From IMG/VR virus record IMGVR_UViG_3300005573_001079, positions 1-64,000 of that record: DNA of 64,000 nt; one strand, given 5' to 3'. The DNA comes from an uncultured virus (IMG/VR IMGVR_UViG_3300005573_001079). Its lineage: Duplodnaviria; Heunggongvirae; Uroviricota; Caudoviricetes. Shown here one piece after another: positions 37,159 to 46,689 of this stretch. The translations under genes and the position numbers were made by a program. Within the stretch, counting starts at the first letter, position 1. Every line of letters starts with the position of its first letter. The notes under the pieces were generated by a model that did no database searches, was not told the DNA's origin, and saw only the letters and a list, made by a program, of their open reading frames with translations.

Positions 37159-38378
37159 ACAAAGTATACTATAACTTTTCCTTCTCCAATAATAGGATTC
37201 CCTAAAAAATTTAAATATAAATTTACAGGAGTGTTGTAATTTACATAAATGTAAAAAACATAAAAGTTTCTAACAGTTATTGATAAATCATTTATAAGAG
37301 GAGTTTGTGTATCATCCGTAATAAATAGGTTACCACTATCAAAAGGTGTGCTAATACTTATTATAACTTTTAATATGTTAAAATTAGAAGAGGATATGTT
37401 ACCAATTAATAAACTACCTGCGGAAAAATCTCTATAAGTAAAACTCTTCTCTACAACATTCTTAAGCACTTTTAGCTGAGCATTTTTAAACATTATGCCA
37501 GAAAATTCGGTTAAATAAGGAATTTTATACCTTTCATCTGTTTCTTCTAACAACTTAATTTTAAATCTTTGACTAACTAAATGTCCTTGAATTATACTGT
37601 CTTGTTTATTTTCTATAATATAACGTAATTCTTTATTTAATGGGTTTTGATTTGCAGGTACTATTAGTATATCCCAGTCTTTAACATAGGGCTCCCAGAT
37701 CATCCAACACTGATTATCTTCCATCACTACTTTCCCTTCTTCATTTATAGTTAATGCAGTTGTTGTTAAAGGAGTACGAACAAGAACTTGATGTTTTTCT
37801 TTTAAAGGATCAGAGCGGAAATCTAACCATTGCTTCCATCCATATAAAGTATGAGGACTGTCTATTGACTCTCCTATTTTTAATCTTTCTATATTTATAC
37901 CTTTATCAATTGTAGAATATGTATAAGTAATTGTATGTTGAGATGCATTAAATCCTTTATTAAATACTACTTCCACTCTTTTATCACTCAAATCTTCTCT
38001 CTTAACTAATGCATATTCATTATCGTTAATTATATCATCCTCTTCATACACTCTATGTGCTTCAACCCCATCAATCCATAATGTAAATCTTTTTTGTGTA
38101 TCTGCAGTATAAAAACGAAGATCCGGATAATTACTTCCAGAAGACCAAATGATTGCACGATATTGAGGATCCGTCTCAATATAAGAAGTTATAGTAAGAG
38201 GAGCATCTTGAGAACCAACTGTATTTCCTACTTCTAATTGTTGTAATAAATAACATCTAGTAGGAGATATTCTGCTTTGTATTACATGACTCTCTTTTAT
38301 ATAATCAATTATTTCCGGTTCAATTCCTAAACCTAAATCGTAATTGTATATATTATCTAAATAATTACTTAAATCCAT
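37155..38378 (-). CDS. Putative head-closure / neck protein with C-terminal beta domain
   Basis: QCWMIWEPYVKDWDILI...RYII...SQRFKI is a head-closure-like pattern. Its C-terminus is paralogous to 36547..37158. Confidence 0.5.
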   Translation of the reverse strand: MDLSNYLDNIYNYDLGLGIEPEIIDYIKESHVIQSRISPTRCYLLQQLEVGNTVGSQDAPLTITSYIETDPQYRAIIWSSGSNYPDLRFYTADTQKRFTLWIDGVEAHRVYEEDDIINDNEYALVKREDLSDKRVEVVFNKGFNASQHTITYTYSTIDKGINIERLKIGESIDSPHTLYGWKQWLDFRSDPLKEKHQVLVRTPLTTTALTINEEGKVVMEDNQCWMIWEPYVKDWDILIVPANQNPLNKELRYIIENKQDSIIQGHLVSQRFKIKLLEETDERYKIPYLTEFSGIMFKNAQLKVLKNVVEKSFTYRDFSAGSLLIGNISSSNFNILKVIISISTPFDSGNLFITDDTQTPLINDLSITVRNFYVFYIYVNYNTPVNLYLNFLGNPIIGEGKVIVYFV

Positions 38379-38391
38379 ATTGTTCCTCTAT

Positions 38392-38778
38392 TTATATTAC
38401 TGGAGCTTGTATACTTTTAACTGCATTTGATATTTCTTCTAATGTCATATTTTCAACGTTAAGAGTTTGAGGTAAATCTCTAAGTTGTTGTTTGTAATTT
38501 TCTACTTCATCTAAACCTTTCTTCTTTGATAATGCTTCTATCCATAACGAATCGCTTTCTTTTAATTTTTTATTACGAAAAGCTCTTAAAAAGTCTGTTT
38601 TAAATAATAATAAATTTTCATAACTATTAGAAACAACATTATCAACAACAGGACTACTAACATCATAATCTTTTTTAAACTCCATTACAATATAATCAAT
38701 CGTATCTTGATACGTATAGTTTTTTGTTAACAAAATAAGTTTTCCTTCTTCAGTTAATATTAAAAAATACTTTTCCAT
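38392..38778 (-). CDS. Tail fibre assembly chaperone-like protein
   Basis: LRAFRNKKLKESD...YKQQLRDLPQ matches the R..RN.LL..SD...YRQ.LRD.P chaperone motif. Follows the propeller genes. Confidence 0.7.
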   Translation of the reverse strand: MEKYFLILTEEGKLILLTKNYTYQDTIDYIVMEFKKDYDVSSPVVDNVVSNSYENLLLFKTDFLRAFRNKKLKESDSLWIEALSKKKGLDEVENYKQQLRDLPQTLNVENMTLEEISNAVKSIQAPVI

Positions 38779-38783
38779 TTTCT

Positions 38784-40154
38784 TTACTCCTTATATTTGT
38801 CTAAGTTAAAAAATAATACTGAATCATTTATTGCATATCCTAAACTTCTTCTTATTACAGTACTTCCTTTATAAATTGTAATGTAAGGAGAAATATCGTG
38901 ACATACAACTAAATATACTCCATCAGGACTAAAGGTTGCCTCTTCTCCAACCCCTGTTGGTAATACAGAAGGATCTGGTAATTTAGTAAAAGTATCTCCA
39001 TTTCTTTTGTAAATTGTAATATAAGGAGAAACAGCATAGGTTACTGATAAATATGTTCCATCCGGACTCCATTTTACTCCATATGCATCTCCTGTTGGTA
39101 ATACAGAAGGATTAGGTAATTTAGTAAAAGTATCTCCATTTCTTTTGTAAATTGTAATGTAAGGAGAAACTTTATGAGCTACTGCTAAATAAGTCATGTC
39201 TAAACTAAAAGATACACTCCACCCGTTACCAGTCGGTAATACAGAAGGATCTGGCAATTTAGTAAATGTATCTCCATTTCTTTTGTAAATTGTAACGTAA
39301 GGAGAATTATAATGACCGACTACTAAATAAGTATTATCAGGACTAAAAGAAACTCCTACTCCAACCCCTGTTGGTAATACAGAAGGATCTGGTAATTTAG
39401 TAAAAGTATCTCCATCTCTTTTGTAAATTGTAAGGTAAGGAGAAGTAATATATGCAACTGCTAAATATGTTCCATCTGGACTAAAAGATACACTCCACGC
39501 GTTACCGGTTGGTAATACAGAAGGATTAGGTAATTTAGTAAATGTATCTCCATCTCTTTTGTAAATTGTAATATAAGGAGAGTTTACATGACCTACTGCT
39601 AAATAAGTATTATCAGAACTAAAAGAAACTCCTACTCCTGTACTAGTTGGTAATACAGAAGGATTAGGTAATTTAGTAAATGTATCTCCGTTTCTTTTGT
39701 AAATTGTAATATAGGGAGAGTCTACGTGAACTATTGCTAAATATGCTCCGTCTGAACTCCATGACGCTTCAAAAGAATGATTTGTTGGTAATACAGAAGG
39801 ATCTGGTAATTTAGTTACATTACTAAAATTATAAGAAGGTTTGTAAGAAATTTTTCCTCCGAAAGTATCTCTATCCAACCAATATTCGCTTCCAGTTAAT
39901 AATCCTGTAGTAGAGTATAAACCATCTAATATAAAAGCTCCTGTTGTATTAGAAGAAACACTAGAAGATGATATAGCTAATAACCCTTTGCTTGTAGAAA
40001 GCATACTTGCATTTGCTTTGTAAAATTTACCATCATTTGATAAATAACATATATCCCCTGCATTTAAGTTTTCACCTGCAGTTCCTAATGTCACTTGAGT
40101 ATCAATAATCAAACTGTTATCAAAATCTATAAATTTGCTTTTAATCATATTCAT
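38784..40154 (-). CDS. Seven-repeat WD40-like beta-propeller virion protein, paralog 2
   Basis: 44-aa repeats TKLPDPSVLPTxxxxVSFSPDxTYLAVxHxxSPYITIYKRNGDTF. Confidence 0.82.
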   Translation of the reverse strand: MNMIKSKFIDFDNSLIIDTQVTLGTAGENLNAGDICYLSNDGKFYKANASMLSTSKGLLAISSSSVSSNTTGAFILDGLYSTTGLLTGSEYWLDRDTFGGKISYKPSYNFSNVTKLPDPSVLPTNHSFEASWSSDGAYLAIVHVDSPYITIYKRNGDTFTKLPNPSVLPTSTGVGVSFSSDNTYLAVGHVNSPYITIYKRDGDTFTKLPNPSVLPTGNAWSVSFSPDGTYLAVAYITSPYLTIYKRDGDTFTKLPDPSVLPTGVGVGVSFSPDNTYLVVGHYNSPYVTIYKRNGDTFTKLPDPSVLPTGNGWSVSFSLDMTYLAVAHKVSPYITIYKRNGDTFTKLPNPSVLPTGDAYGVKWSPDGTYLSVTYAVSPYITIYKRNGDTFTKLPDPSVLPTGVGEEATFSPDGVYLVVCHDISPYITIYKGSTVIRRSLGYAINDSVLFFNLDKYKE

Positions 40155-40174
40155 AATACTTCTAAATCCTAAAT

Positions 40175-41545
40175 TTATACTCCGTTGTATCTATCTGGAT
40201 TAAAAAATAATACTGAATCATTTATTGCATATCCTAAACTTCTTCTTATTACAGTACTTCCTTTATAAATTGTAATGTAAGGAGAAATATCGTGACATAC
40301 AACTAAATATACTCCATCAGGACTAAAGGTTGTTTCATCTCCAGCTCCTGTTGGTAATACAGAAGGATTTGGCAATTTAGTAAAAGTATCTCCGTTTCTT
40401 TTGTAAATTGTAAGATAAGGAGAAGTAATATGTGTAACTGCTAAATATGTTCCATCTGGACTCCACGCTACCCCATTTCCATTTCCTGTTGGTAATACAG
40501 AAGGATCTGGTAATTTAGTAAAAGTATCTCCATTTCTTTTGTAAATTGTAACATAAGGAGAACCGAAATGACCTACTGCTAAATATGTCATATCTGGACT
40601 AAAAGAAACTCCATTTGCAACCTCTGTTGGTAATACAGAAGGATCTGGCAATTTAGTAAATGTATCTCCATTTCTTTTGTAAATTGTAATGTAAGGAGAG
40701 TTTGCATGACCGACTACTAAGTATGTCATATCCGGACTCCATGCTATACACTTTCCATCTCCTGTTGGCAATACAGAAGGATCTGGTAATTTAGTAAATG
40801 TATCTCCATTTCTTTTGTAAATTGTAACGTAAGGAGAACTATAATGCGCTGTTGCTAAATATGTCATATCCGGGCTCCAATCAACTCCTCTTACATAAGC
40901 AGGCGGTAATGTAGAAGGATTAGACAGTTTAGTAAATGTATCTCCACTACGTTTATAAATAAAAATATAAGGAGAATTCCAGCTCCCTGTAGCTAAATAA
41001 GTTTCGTCAAAACTCCACTTTATACTATAACATAAAGTGGTCGGTAATGTAGAAGGATTAGACAGTTTAGTAAATGTATCTCCATCTCTTTTGTAAATTA
41101 TAATGTAAGGTGAACTATTACAAGTTACTGATAAATAAGTCATACTAGGACTAAAAGAAACACCATATCCTATTCCAGACGGTAATACAGAAGGATCTGG
41201 TAATTTAGTTACATTACTAAAATTATAAGAAGTTTTGTAAGGAGTTTTTCCTCCGGAAATATCTCCATCTAACCAATATTCGCTTCCAGTTAATAATCCT
41301 GTAGTAGAGTATGCCCCTCTTAATATCATAATATTAATAAAACCTGCAGAAACACTAGAAGATGATATAGCTAATAACCCTTTGCTTGTAGAAAGCATAC
41401 TTGCATTTGCTTTGTAAAATTTACCATCATTTGATAAATAACATATATCCCCTGCATTTAAGTTTTCACCTGCAGTTCCTGATATTAATACATTTCCTAA
41501 AGGAATTCCAGTAAAATCAATAAATTTACTCTTAATTAAACTCAT
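40175..41545 (-). CDS. Seven-repeat WD40-like beta-propeller virion protein, paralog 1
   Basis: Same 456-aa length and architecture as 38784..40154. Confidence 0.82.
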   Translation of the reverse strand: MSLIKSKFIDFTGIPLGNVLISGTAGENLNAGDICYLSNDGKFYKANASMLSTSKGLLAISSSSVSAGFINIMILRGAYSTTGLLTGSEYWLDGDISGGKTPYKTSYNFSNVTKLPDPSVLPSGIGYGVSFSPSMTYLSVTCNSSPYIIIYKRDGDTFTKLSNPSTLPTTLCYSIKWSFDETYLATGSWNSPYIFIYKRSGDTFTKLSNPSTLPPAYVRGVDWSPDMTYLATAHYSSPYVTIYKRNGDTFTKLPDPSVLPTGDGKCIAWSPDMTYLVVGHANSPYITIYKRNGDTFTKLPDPSVLPTEVANGVSFSPDMTYLAVGHFGSPYVTIYKRNGDTFTKLPDPSVLPTGNGNGVAWSPDGTYLAVTHITSPYLTIYKRNGDTFTKLPNPSVLPTGAGDETTFSPDGVYLVVCHDISPYITIYKGSTVIRRSLGYAINDSVLFFNPDRYNGV

Positions 41546-41555
41546 AATTACCTCT

Positions 41556-43082
41556 TTACGAACTCATTATATTATATGTCACTCTTAATCTATCACCAAC
41601 ACTAAGTATTCCGTCCAATCCTAATCCACTCCAACTTAATTCCTTCGTCATCGTATTAACTATAAAATCATTTCCATTACTTTGAGCACATCCTCCTATA
41701 ACGTCTAATCTTACATAATTAGAATTAATTGGAGTATATGCAAGAACTACTTTTTTATTTGTAATATCTGTAGAAGTTAATACAAACTCTTCTACTACAT
41801 CTCTCTCTAATTGAGATATACTTCCAGATCCTCCTGTGCCCACAATTATAATCTCATTTCCAATTGTACTTACATTTATACTTCCAGAACCTTTTAATGT
41901 CTTAAACTGTAATATAGAACCAGAATTACCAATATAAATTCCTTCTCCATTACCTAAATTTTCACCAGTACTTATACTTCCACTTATAACTAATTGATCT
42001 ATTTGATTCTGTAAATTATTATCAGCATTAATCCTATTTTGAATTTCAGTTACAAGAGAACCAGAAACTAAAGTAATTTGATTCTGCAAATTATTATCTG
42101 CATTGATTCTATTTTGAATTTCAGTTACAAGAGAACCAGAAACTAAAGTTATTTGATTTTGTAAATTATTATCTGCATTAACTCTGTCTTGAATTTCAGT
42201 TACAAGAGAACCTGAAACTAAAGTTATTTGATTTTGTAAATTATTATCTGCATTAACTCTGTCTTGAATTTCAGTTACAAGAGAACCTGAAACTAAAGTA
42301 ATTTGGTTTTGTAAATTATTATCAACATTAGTTCTATTTTGAATTTCAGTAGTTAATGATCCGCTAACTAAAGTAATTTGACTTTGTAAATCTTGACCAT
42401 CAATTATAATCTCATTTCCAATTGTACTTACATTTATACTTCCAGAACCTTTTAATGTCTTAAACTGTAGTATAGAACCAGAATTGTCAATATAAATTCC
42501 TTCCCCATTACCTAAATTTTCACCAGTACTTATACTTCCACTTGCAGCTAATTGATTTATTTGATTCTGTAAATTATTATCAGCATTAATCCTGTCTTGA
42601 ATTTCAGTAGTTAATGATCCACTAACTAAAGTAATTTGGTTTTGTAGATTATTATCAGTATTAATTCTGTCTTGAATTTCAGTTACAAGAGAACCTGAAA
42701 CTAAAGTAATTTGGTTTTGTAGATTATTATCCTCACTAATTCTATTTTGAATTTCAGTAGTTAATGAACCTGAAACTAAAGTAATTTGGTTTTGTAAATT
42801 ATTATCAACATTAGTTCTATTTTGAATTTCAGTAGTTAATGATCCGCTAACTAAAGTAATTTGGTTTTGTAGATTATTATCAGTATTAATTCTGTCTTGA
42901 ATTTCAGTTACAAGAGAACCTGAAACTAAAGTAATTTGGTTTTGTAGATTATTATCTGCATTAATTCTGTTTTGAATTTCATTAATAATTTGAGTACGAA
43001 GCTCCGTAAGCTCTGCAGTTCCTAAAGCTTTTAAAGTAGGGTTAATAACTATTTTTATTACTCTCGGCAGTAAAAATGGCAT
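41556..43082 (-). CDS. Coiled-coil fibre / whisker-like repeat protein
   Basis: Two blocks of 25-aa repeats, each followed by a GENLGNGEGIY...GSGSINV module; globular C-terminal domain. Confidence 0.75.
   Translation of the reverse strand: MPFLLPRVIKIVINPTLKALGTAELTELRTQIINEIQNRINADNNLQNQITLVSGSLVTEIQDRINTDNNLQNQITLVSGSLTTEIQNRTNVDNNLQNQITLVSGSLTTEIQNRISEDNNLQNQITLVSGSLVTEIQDRINTDNNLQNQITLVSGSLTTEIQDRINADNNLQNQINQLAASGSISTGENLGNGEGIYIDNSGSILQFKTLKGSGSINVSTIGNEIIIDGQDLQSQITLVSGSLTTEIQNRTNVDNNLQNQITLVSGSLVTEIQDRVNADNNLQNQITLVSGSLVTEIQDRVNADNNLQNQITLVSGSLVTEIQNRINADNNLQNQITLVSGSLVTEIQNRINADNNLQNQIDQLVISGSISTGENLGNGEGIYIGNSGSILQFKTLKGSGSINVSTIGNEIIIVGTGGSGSISQLERDVVEEFVLTSTDITNKKVVLAYTPINSNYVRLDVIGGCAQSNGNDFIVNTMTKELSWSGLGLDGILSVGDRLRVTYNIMSS
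41990..42985 (-). repeat. 75-nt coding tandem repeats
   Basis: DNNLQNQITLVSGSL(V/T)TEIQ(N/D)RINA units, near-identical at DNA level. Confidence 0.9.
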
Positions 43083-43091
43083 ACTTTCTTC

Positions 43092-43454
43092 TTATATATT
43101 TTTGTCAATTATTGTAAACTTTCCATATAAACAAGTTAAAGATTCAAAAGTAGACGTATCTATTAAATCTCCATGATACATATAAACCCCTTCTTTGCCT
43201 TTGGTTTTTTCTCCTTCTATTTTCCATAATATACTACCACTCGTTGGCACAATATAAAAATCATTTCCTTCAAATGTTATATCTGGTTCTTGTTGTCTAC
43301 TACGCTTGTAAAGATAAATCTTAAAATCATAGCCTGTTAAGTCAATAGGATTATTTTCTGTATCCCAAAATTCTAATAATGTAACGTGAGAATTCCCTTC
43401 TCTTATTACAATATCTTGATAAGCTGCATTATCTATAATTAAAGGTACATCCAT
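43092..43454 (-). CDS. BppU-N-like small virion protein
   Basis: DIVIREGNS...PIDLTGYDF...GVYMY...LYGKFTI pattern. Confidence 0.55.
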   Translation of the reverse strand: MDVPLIIDNAAYQDIVIREGNSHVTLLEFWDTENNPIDLTGYDFKIYLYKRSRQQEPDITFEGNDFYIVPTSGSILWKIEGEKTKGKEGVYMYHGDLIDTSTFESLTCLYGKFTIIDKNI

Positions 43455-43468
43455 CTTATACCTCTTTC

Positions 43469-43726
43469 TTATTTCTTAAAAAACGGACTTCCTATTTCTG
43501 CTAACTTATGTAAATACTTTGGTATAAAGACTCCTATTAACAAAACAAAATTAAATACAATAAAGTAAGGGTCAATTTTAAACTCTTGGTATGAAGCAAT
43601 TAGAATATCAAATCCAAACATAAATAATAATAATAAAAAACTAAACAAGCGTGTAGATGACTTAACTCCCGCACTTTCTTCAAAAAAACCTACTTTTTTA
43701 ACTTCTTTTTTTTCAACTTCTTCCAT
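43469..43726 (-). CDS. Putative holin (two transmembrane helices)
   Basis: 85 aa, GFFEESAGVKSSTRL followed by two hydrophobic segments. Adjacent to the endolysin. Confidence 0.6.
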   Translation of the reverse strand: MEEVEKKEVKKVGFFEESAGVKSSTRLFSFLLLLFMFGFDILIASYQEFKIDPYFIVFNFVLLIGVFIPKYLHKLAEIGSPFFKK

Positions 43727-43747
43727 TTTTAACCTCCATGTAAAAAA

Positions 43748-44176
43748 TTATCCTTTAAATAAATATATAACATCAGAGTTTATATTTCTAAAATCTATAT
43801 GTACCCAACTAACATCTAGTTCCATCGCAGTTATTTCGTTAAAAGGAAAAATATTTTGATTATCAATTATTATTTTTCTTACCTCTTCTGCAGTTCTGCC
43901 TGTAACTGTAAAATCTACTGCTCTCCCGAATCTGTGTTGAGAATATAATGCTCCGGTTTTATCATCAGGTCTCCTAAAACCTCTTGAATCTAAATTACCT
44001 CCTAAATGCCAATTATTAATAATTATAGGAGAATTAAAATATTCTCTAATACCATCTAAGGTTTTTAATAAACGAACATCAAAAAACATCCAGGCTTGTT
44101 CCCCAAATTTTTCATAAGTAACTCTATCTACTAACTCCTGAATTTTGAAATATTTGCATTTATAAAAAGATCTCAT
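43748..44176 (-). CDS. Endolysin, peptidase M15 family
   Basis: SRGFR...SQHRFGRAVDF...WVHID: the H-x6-D and WxHxD zinc motifs. Confidence 0.85.
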   Translation of the reverse strand: MRSFYKCKYFKIQELVDRVTYEKFGEQAWMFFDVRLLKTLDGIREYFNSPIIINNWHLGGNLDSRGFRRPDDKTGALYSQHRFGRAVDFTVTGRTAEEVRKIIIDNQNIFPFNEITAMELDVSWVHIDFRNINSDVIYLFKG

Positions 44177-44191
44177 ATTGTATCCTCCTTT

Positions 44192-44785
44192 CTACTTTTT
44201 CGATATTACCATCTTTATAATACTAAGAATAAGGGTAACTGCTGTACCAGCAGACAATCCTGCTAATAAATAATTCTCAAAAATCTTTAAAAAATTATTA
44301 ATTTCGTTATGAAACTTAAATGAAAGTAAAAATATCGAAACAAATACTATTGTAAAATAGTACTTATAAGTTAATATTACCTCTCTAAGTTTTTTTGCGT
44401 TTCTTTCTTTTTTATGTATTTCCCATAATTCCTCTACTACTTCTCCTATATTTCTCTCCTGACTTATTCCATTTTTTGTTGTTATTATAAGTTTTTTATT
44501 TATGTTTTCCAGAGATTTTAAAATCTCTGTATTTGCTTCGTGTAAACTTTCTATTCTTTCTTGTATTTTTTCCATAATTACATTTATAGAATTTACTAAA
44601 TTGTGATTACTTTTTCTTAATAATAGTAACTCCCATGCAGAAACTCCTGTGTCCAATAACTCTTTAATTTCGTCTTTTGTTAAGTCATCTAAATTATCAG
44701 GAGTAACAGTTTTACCGGAATTAAGTGTATAAGTCCCTTCTTTTACATCAATTTTATACATTTCAAACACCTTTTTATATAACAA
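44192..44785 (-). CDS. Membrane protein (coiled coil plus two C-terminal TM segments), possibly lysis-related
   Basis: Hydrophobic YYFTIVFVSIFLLSF and YLLAGLSAGTAVTLILSII. The start may instead be the ATG at 44761. Confidence 0.55.
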   Translation of the reverse strand: MLYKKVFEMYKIDVKEGTYTLNSGKTVTPDNLDDLTKDEIKELLDTGVSAWELLLLRKSNHNLVNSINVIMEKIQERIESLHEANTEILKSLENINKKLIITTKNGISQERNIGEVVEELWEIHKKERNAKKLREVILTYKYYFTIVFVSIFLLSFKFHNEINNFLKIFENYLLAGLSAGTAVTLILSIIKMVISKK

Positions 44786-44809
44786 ATTTATTTCTTTTTT
44801 CTCATTTTA

Positions 44810-44863
44810 TAAAAAAGAACATTATTAACTTTATAGTGTTGTTATAAAAAAGTATAATGTTCT
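44810..44863 (-). terminator. Possible intrinsic terminator
   Basis: agaacattat...ataatgttct inverted repeat followed by a T-run on the minus strand, just after the 44872 stop. Confidence 0.45.
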
Positions 44864-44871
44864 CTGCATAA

Positions 44872-45450
44872 TTATCCCCCAAATCCTATTCTTGTTCCTC
44901 TTAATCCTCTAGTTAAACTTCTTGGCATTGATATCATTCCAGACCATAAACCTTTCGACTTAAGTAGCTTAAATCCTAAAGCTTTCTTTATTGCTAAAAG
45001 TTGATTGTTAAGGTATGCTAAAATATCTCCATTCACAATATTAGCATAATCTTGTTGTTTTGCTCTTTCAATGCTAATACCATTGTCACTATAGCGAAAA
45101 TGTTTTCCAGCTTCAAACCATTGTAATCTCATTCCTGTAAAAAATAAGGCACACATAATAACAGGAGTTATTAAAATAGATTGTATATCTTCTCTTTCAG
45201 GAGCATTGGGATCCCCGCCTTCACTAATAGTAGCTTTTGAAACTTGATATAAATCTTCTGATGAAAAAGTTGTTAAAACTGGAGGAGTTGTATTAAAATA
45301 GTTTAAACCTAATCTAAAATCTTCCCACAGTTCTTCATCTCCTAACACAGCGGAGAGTTTATAACTAGAACCTTTTGCATTTACTTCCCTCATTGATAAA
45401 TGAGATCTTAAAAGGTCTACAAAATATTGTTGTGCTTGAGATAATGCCAT
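44872..45450 (-). CDS. Putative head-tail adaptor / neck protein
   Basis: DEELWE...LNYFNTTPP...FRYSDNGISI pattern; located downstream of the capsid gene. Confidence 0.6.
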   Translation of the reverse strand: MALSQAQQYFVDLLRSHLSMREVNAKGSSYKLSAVLGDEELWEDFRLGLNYFNTTPPVLTTFSSEDLYQVSKATISEGGDPNAPEREDIQSILITPVIMCALFFTGMRLQWFEAGKHFRYSDNGISIERAKQQDYANIVNGDILAYLNNQLLAIKKALGFKLLKSKGLWSGMISMPRSLTRGLRGTRIGFGG

Positions 45451-45464
45451 TTTTTTGACCCTTG

Positions 45465-46154
45465 TTATTTAGATAGTTCTCCAACTAACTCATCAAACCT
45501 TGTCTCCCATTTACCTTGAGGTATTATTTCTTCGAAACTATGTCCGTTTTTGGCAACTTTATAAAATTCTATTTCTTTATTATTTTCATAAATACCAATC
45601 CCGCAATAATCTTTACATTCTTTTCCAACTAATGAAAAGTTAGAATTTTTCTTAATTACCCAAGAATTTACTTGATTACTCGAAGATTTTTCTTTTGATT
45701 GTATTTCTTGATTGTGTTGAGATTCTTGTTGAGGAGTTTGAACCTGAGAAGGTTCTGTAGAAGGTGTTGTATTTTCCTCTACTAAAACTTTCACATTACC
45801 ATCAGGCTTTTTTTCAATACTAATATTAGACAAAACCTCTATCCATGAGAACTTCTTTTTTATTTGATTTTCTACATTTTCTTTTCTTGCATTACCTGAT
45901 GTCAAAGGACTACCTCTGTAAGAGTCTTTGTCTTCTTTTGCTTTATCATTGCTAAACTCTTTGTTTTGAAGATGCCATGCATTAAGCTCTACTTGTGAAG
46001 GATCTCCGCTTTTAGGAATCTTATCTCCTGTAAAAGTTGCATTATTTGGAAGAGTTGTTTTATTGAGAGTTTTGTAAAAATCTGGTTTTGGAATCTCAAT
46101 GTCTTTCTTCGTTCTATTATAAGATTCTGCCAATACTTTTTTCCAATCTAACAT
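45465..46154 (-). CDS. Hypothetical protein sharing a motif with the scaffold
   Basis: Contains ATFTGDKIP...PSQVELNAW...KEFSNDKAKEDK. Confidence 0.6.
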   Translation of the reverse strand: MLDWKKVLAESYNRTKKDIEIPKPDFYKTLNKTTLPNNATFTGDKIPKSGDPSQVELNAWHLQNKEFSNDKAKEDKDSYRGSPLTSGNARKENVENQIKKKFSWIEVLSNISIEKKPDGNVKVLVEENTTPSTEPSQVQTPQQESQHNQEIQSKEKSSSNQVNSWVIKKNSNFSLVGKECKDYCGIGIYENNKEIEFYKVAKNGHSFEEIIPQGKWETRFDELVGELSK

Positions 46155-46192
46155 CTTATTTATTAACTCCTATATTAATATTATTACTTATA

Positions 46193-46202
46193 TAATATAT
46201 AG
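46193..46202 (-). promoter_or_regulatory. Putative late promoter motif CTATATATTA
   Basis: Same motif upstream of the 46154 start. Confidence 0.55.
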
Positions 46203-46326
46203 GATTTTTTAAATCTTTTTACATCTAATTTTGATTTTTTTTTTACAAAACTTTGCTCAAAATTTTTAAAACTTTATCTAATTTTTTAGAGATAGGAAGA
46301 AAGAATTTTAACAAAGGAGTATAATA

Positions 46327-46539
46327 TTAATTCTTTTCTAAATTTTGACATTCACTTTTTATACAAGATTTACAAACAAAACATTCTGGCTTATTCTCAA
46401 ATACTGATATAGGAGGATTGTCCCCTCCCCACCAACTTTGTGCATCTTTAATCACTTTTTCTGTAAGACTTCTATCACATTTTTTGAAAAGATCGCAATC
46501 ATAATGCTTACAAAATGTTTTATCTTTATAACAAAGCAT
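46327..46539 (-). CDS. Small cysteine-rich hypothetical protein
   Basis: MLCYKDKTFC...CDRSLT...WW; eight Cys in 70 aa; AAGGAG RBS. Confidence 0.7.
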   Translation of the reverse strand: MLCYKDKTFCKHYDCDLFKKCDRSLTEKVIKDAQSWWGGDNPPISVFENKPECFVCKSCIKSECQNLEKN

Positions 46540-46619
46540 ATCGACAACTCCTTTATACTAATTAATACAAAATAAATACTATCTGCGAAAGCTTTGTAAT
46601 AAATTTATTTTTCCAATAT

Positions 46620-46662
46620 AAAAAACAAAGGTGTATAACATTTGTAAATGCTATACACCTTT
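46620..46662 (-). terminator. Intrinsic terminator after the major capsid gene
   Basis: Minus strand AAAGGTGTATAGCATTT-AC-AAATGTTATACACCTTT followed by GTTTTTT (one G-U pair in the stem). Confidence 0.8.
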
Positions 46663-46689
46663 CAGGAGTTTAAAATGGCCGAATTAATA

